Shown here: piece after piece, positions 46,396 through 48,589 of the stretch
How positions within the stretch are numbered: position 1 is the stretch's first letter
Layout: the number at the start of each line of letters is the position of its first letter
IMG/VR virus record: IMGVR_UViG_3300023179_000164
Span: 1 to 48,589 of that record
DNA from: a virus
Lineage: Duplodnaviria > Caudoviricetes
Length of the DNA stretch: 48,589 nt
Strand: one strand, 5' to 3'
The notes under the pieces: generated by a model
What the model saw: only the letters and a program-made list of their open reading frames with translations
The model's database searches: none
What the model was told of the DNA's origin: nothing
Translations under genes and position numbers: made by a program

Positions 46396-47496
46396 ATGTC
46401 AAAAGCTCAATATGATTTGTCTAAGCCAACAGATTATCTAAATAGAAAAATGTTTTTGGATCCCGCGGGGCCTGTAACAGTACAGAGGTTTGAGGAAGTA
46501 AAATACAATAAACTTCAAAAATTTGAAAGTACCGCAAGAGGATTCTTTTGGGTACCTGAAGAAATATCTTTGACCAAAGATGCCAGCGACTTTAAAGATG
46601 CCAGTACCACTGTTAAACATATCTTTACCAGTAACTTGCTGAGACAAACTGCATTAGATAGCTTGCAAGGTAGAGGGCCTACCCAGGTTTTTATACCTGT
46701 GGTTTCAATTCCTGAATTAGAAGCATTAATGTATAATTGGGGGTTTTTTGAGACAGCAATACATTCTAAATCCTACAGTCATATCATTCGTAATATCTAT
46801 AACGTGCCCAAGGAAGAATTCAACAAGATTCACGATACCAAAGAAATTGTTGACATGGCGTCCAGTGTGGGTGAATATTACGACGCACTACACGCAATCA
46901 ATTGTCAGAAGGAAATGGGACAATCAGTGGATGAATCGGACCATGTCCGGGCCATATGGTTGGCACTGAATGCGTCATATGCTCTGGAAGCATTCAGATT
47001 CATGGTCAGCTTTGCCACCAGTCTGGCCATGGTGGAAAATAAAATCTTCATTGGCAACGGCAATATTATCAGCCTGATCCTGCAGGACGAAATTCTGCAC
47101 AAAGAATGGACCGCCTGGATCATCAATCAGGTGGTCAAAGAAGACCCCAGATTTGCCAAAGCTCGTGTGGAATGTGAACAAGAAGTGTATAATATGTACA
47201 TGGATGTCATACGTGAAGAAAAAGCCTGGGCTGACTATCTGTTTAAACTGGGACCAGTGATTGGTCTGAATGCCAACATTCTCAAGGATTTTGTGGACTA
47301 CACTGCAGCAGCGGCGCTGAAAGAAATTGGCGTCAAATATCAGAGTGCAGCACCCAAAACCACACCCATCCCCTGGTTCAACAAACATTCAGACACCAGC
47401 AAGAAGCAGACAGCCCTGCAGGAAAATGAAAGCACCAACTACGTGATTGGTGTCATGTCTGATGCCATCAATTACGATGAACTGCCAAATTTATAA
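46396..47496 (+). CDS. nrdB: Class Ia ribonucleotide reductase beta subunit
   Basis: FFWVPEE, QTALDSLQGR, ETAIHSKSY, ALEAFRF, QDEILH, QENESTNY. Confidence 0.95.
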   Translation: MSKAQYDLSKPTDYLNRKMFLDPAGPVTVQRFEEVKYNKLQKFESTARGFFWVPEEISLTKDASDFKDASTTVKHIFTSNLLRQTALDSLQGRGPTQVFIPVVSIPELEALMYNWGFFETAIHSKSYSHIIRNIYNVPKEEFNKIHDTKEIVDMASSVGEYYDALHAINCQKEMGQSVDESDHVRAIWLALNASYALEAFRFMVSFATSLAMVENKIFIGNGNIISLILQDEILHKEWTAWIINQVVKEDPRFAKARVECEQEVYNMYMDVIREEKAWADYLFKLGPVIGLNANILKDFVDYTAAAALKEIGVKYQSAAPKTTPIPWFNKHSDTSKKQTALQENESTNYVIGVMSDAINYDELPNL

Positions 47497-47506
47497 GAGA
47501 AAAAAT

Positions 47507-47947
47507 ATGAGAAATTTAATTAATCTAGTGGAAGAACAAGGCATCACAGAACCATGGTTTCGTGATGGAAGTTTTCAAACATACAAAAAGCCCAATCCTG
47601 AAAAATATGAAATAGCACAGCAAGACGGCACTTTACAAACTCTGGAAGGTCCTCAAAGTTATAAAAAAGGTTTTTATATACTTACTGGGCCCAAGGGTGA
47701 AAAATACAGTATTCCTCCAGAAAAGTTTTCTGAACTCAAAGACGACGAAGGTAACGGTATTTGCTATCCTAAAAAAATTGTGAAACTAGCCAAATTGGCA
47801 GATCATGACGGTAGTGTAAAAACATCTTGGGGAGAAACTTTGGAATACACTACAGGAAACGACTACATAGTAAGACACGGCCCTGGTGATTACGGGGTAA
47901 TTAAAAAAGATATTTTCGCACAAACCTATGCTCAACCACAAGGATAA
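47507..47947 (+). CDS. PGDYG-domain protein
   Basis: QTLEGP, TGPKGEKY, HGPGDYGVIKKDIFAQTY. Confidence 0.8.
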   Translation: MRNLINLVEEQGITEPWFRDGSFQTYKKPNPEKYEIAQQDGTLQTLEGPQSYKKGFYILTGPKGEKYSIPPEKFSELKDDEGNGICYPKKIVKLAKLADHDGSVKTSWGETLEYTTGNDYIVRHGPGDYGVIKKDIFAQTYAQPQG

Positions 47948-47950
47948 AAC

Positions 47951-48199
47951 ATGCTAATTGTATATACAAAAAAGAATTGTCCCTATTGCGATCAAACCAA
48001 ACATCTGCTGACTACCAAGGGTATTGAATTTGAAACAGTAAATGTGGACCTGGATTTGAACGCTCGAGCCTGGCTGGTGGATCAGGGCCATCGAACTGTG
48101 CCACAGATTTACAAGGATGGCCAGGTATTTGTGGAAGGTGGTTACAAGGGATTATCTGCACTGTCAGATGACGAGTTGCAGTCAAAATTAACAGCTTAA
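47951..48199 (+). CDS. Glutaredoxin
   Basis: CPYC, RTVPQI, GGY; next to nrdAB. Confidence 0.93.
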   Translation: MLIVYTKKNCPYCDQTKHLLTTKGIEFETVNVDLDLNARAWLVDQGHRTVPQIYKDGQVFVEGGYKGLSALSDDELQSKLTA

Positions 48200-48209
48200 A
48201 CGGAAAATC

Positions 48210-48527
48210 ATGCTAATCAATAAATCAGGATATTCAAAAGACGACATCGTGAGTTTTAAATTGGTCAACGGGGACGAAATTGTAGCCAAGATTGTGGAAA
48301 TCAATGACAATAATTATGTTATTTCCAAACCCACCACGGCCATGCCCAGCGCCCGGGGACTGGGGCTGATTCAGAGCTTGTTTACCTGTGACCTGGAAGA
48401 TGCCATGACTCTGGAAAAACAGCATGTCATGCTGCACGCACTCACACAGAACGATGTTAAAAATCATTACATTCAGACCACCACTGGTATTCAGCCAGTC
48501 AGTGCAGGTAACAAAATTATCACCTAA
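48210..48527 (+). CDS. Conserved phage protein, Sm-like fold
   Basis: IVSFKLVNGDEIVAK...YIQTTTGI. Confidence 0.6.
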   Translation: MLINKSGYSKDDIVSFKLVNGDEIVAKIVEINDNNYVISKPTTAMPSARGLGLIQSLFTCDLEDAMTLEKQHVMLHALTQNDVKNHYIQTTTGIQPVSAGNKIIT

Positions 48528-48536
48528 GGTGTTGAG

Positions 48537-48589
48537 ATGTCCGAACACGATATAAGCCTCGTCACTGCCAAAGCCGGCTCAGTTATAGC
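48537..48589 (+). CDS. Partial ORF running off the window end
   Basis: AAGGTG upstream; MSEHDISLVTAKAGSVI. Confidence 0.4.
   Translation, partial: MSEHDISLVTAKAGSVI

Noticed and set aside
1-48589. tRNA or rRNA genes
   Set aside because: Intergenic gaps are short and no cloverleaf/T-loop signature or rRNA-like sequence was recognised by eye; a tRNAscan/Infernal run would be decisive

Overview
Gene-dense, almost entirely plus-strand segment of a large T4-like (myovirus/jumbo-type) bacteriophage genome; the iscU, iscA and class Ia nrdAB genes suggest a proteobacterial host. Left to right: a cluster of paralogous fibre/collagen/C1q-like virion proteins and a papain-like protease (1-6.2 kb); an early region of small genes behind sigma70-type promoters (8-16 kb); a replication module (UvsW-like helicase, gp62-like clamp-loader subunit, a miniature DnaE-like protein, primase, DnaB/gp41 helicase; 16-27.6 kb); late/head-associated genes behind T4-type TATAAATA promoters (27.6-33.3 kb); an Fe-S/radical SAM block (33.3-38 kb); exonuclease, beta-helix tail protein and nucleotide metabolism genes (nrdA, nrdB, glutaredoxin). 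The most striking element is a fractured nrdA: the gene is cut in its active-site loop (QSNLC|CEILLP) into two ORFs carrying the N- and C-halves of a naturally split intein, with a free-standing HNH endonuclease under its own late promoter between them. Also notable are a 2.3 kb radical SAM cassette bounded by a perfect 33-bp direct repeat, four radical SAM enzymes with phage-encoded Fe-S assembly proteins, AT-rich modification enzymes inserted singly between core genes, a roughly 190-aa DnaE-like protein keeping only the catalytic motifs, and a 12-bp-period GGCA array in a late leader. No rRNA, tRNA or CRISPR array was recognised. All family assignments are from motif recognition by eye, not database searches.
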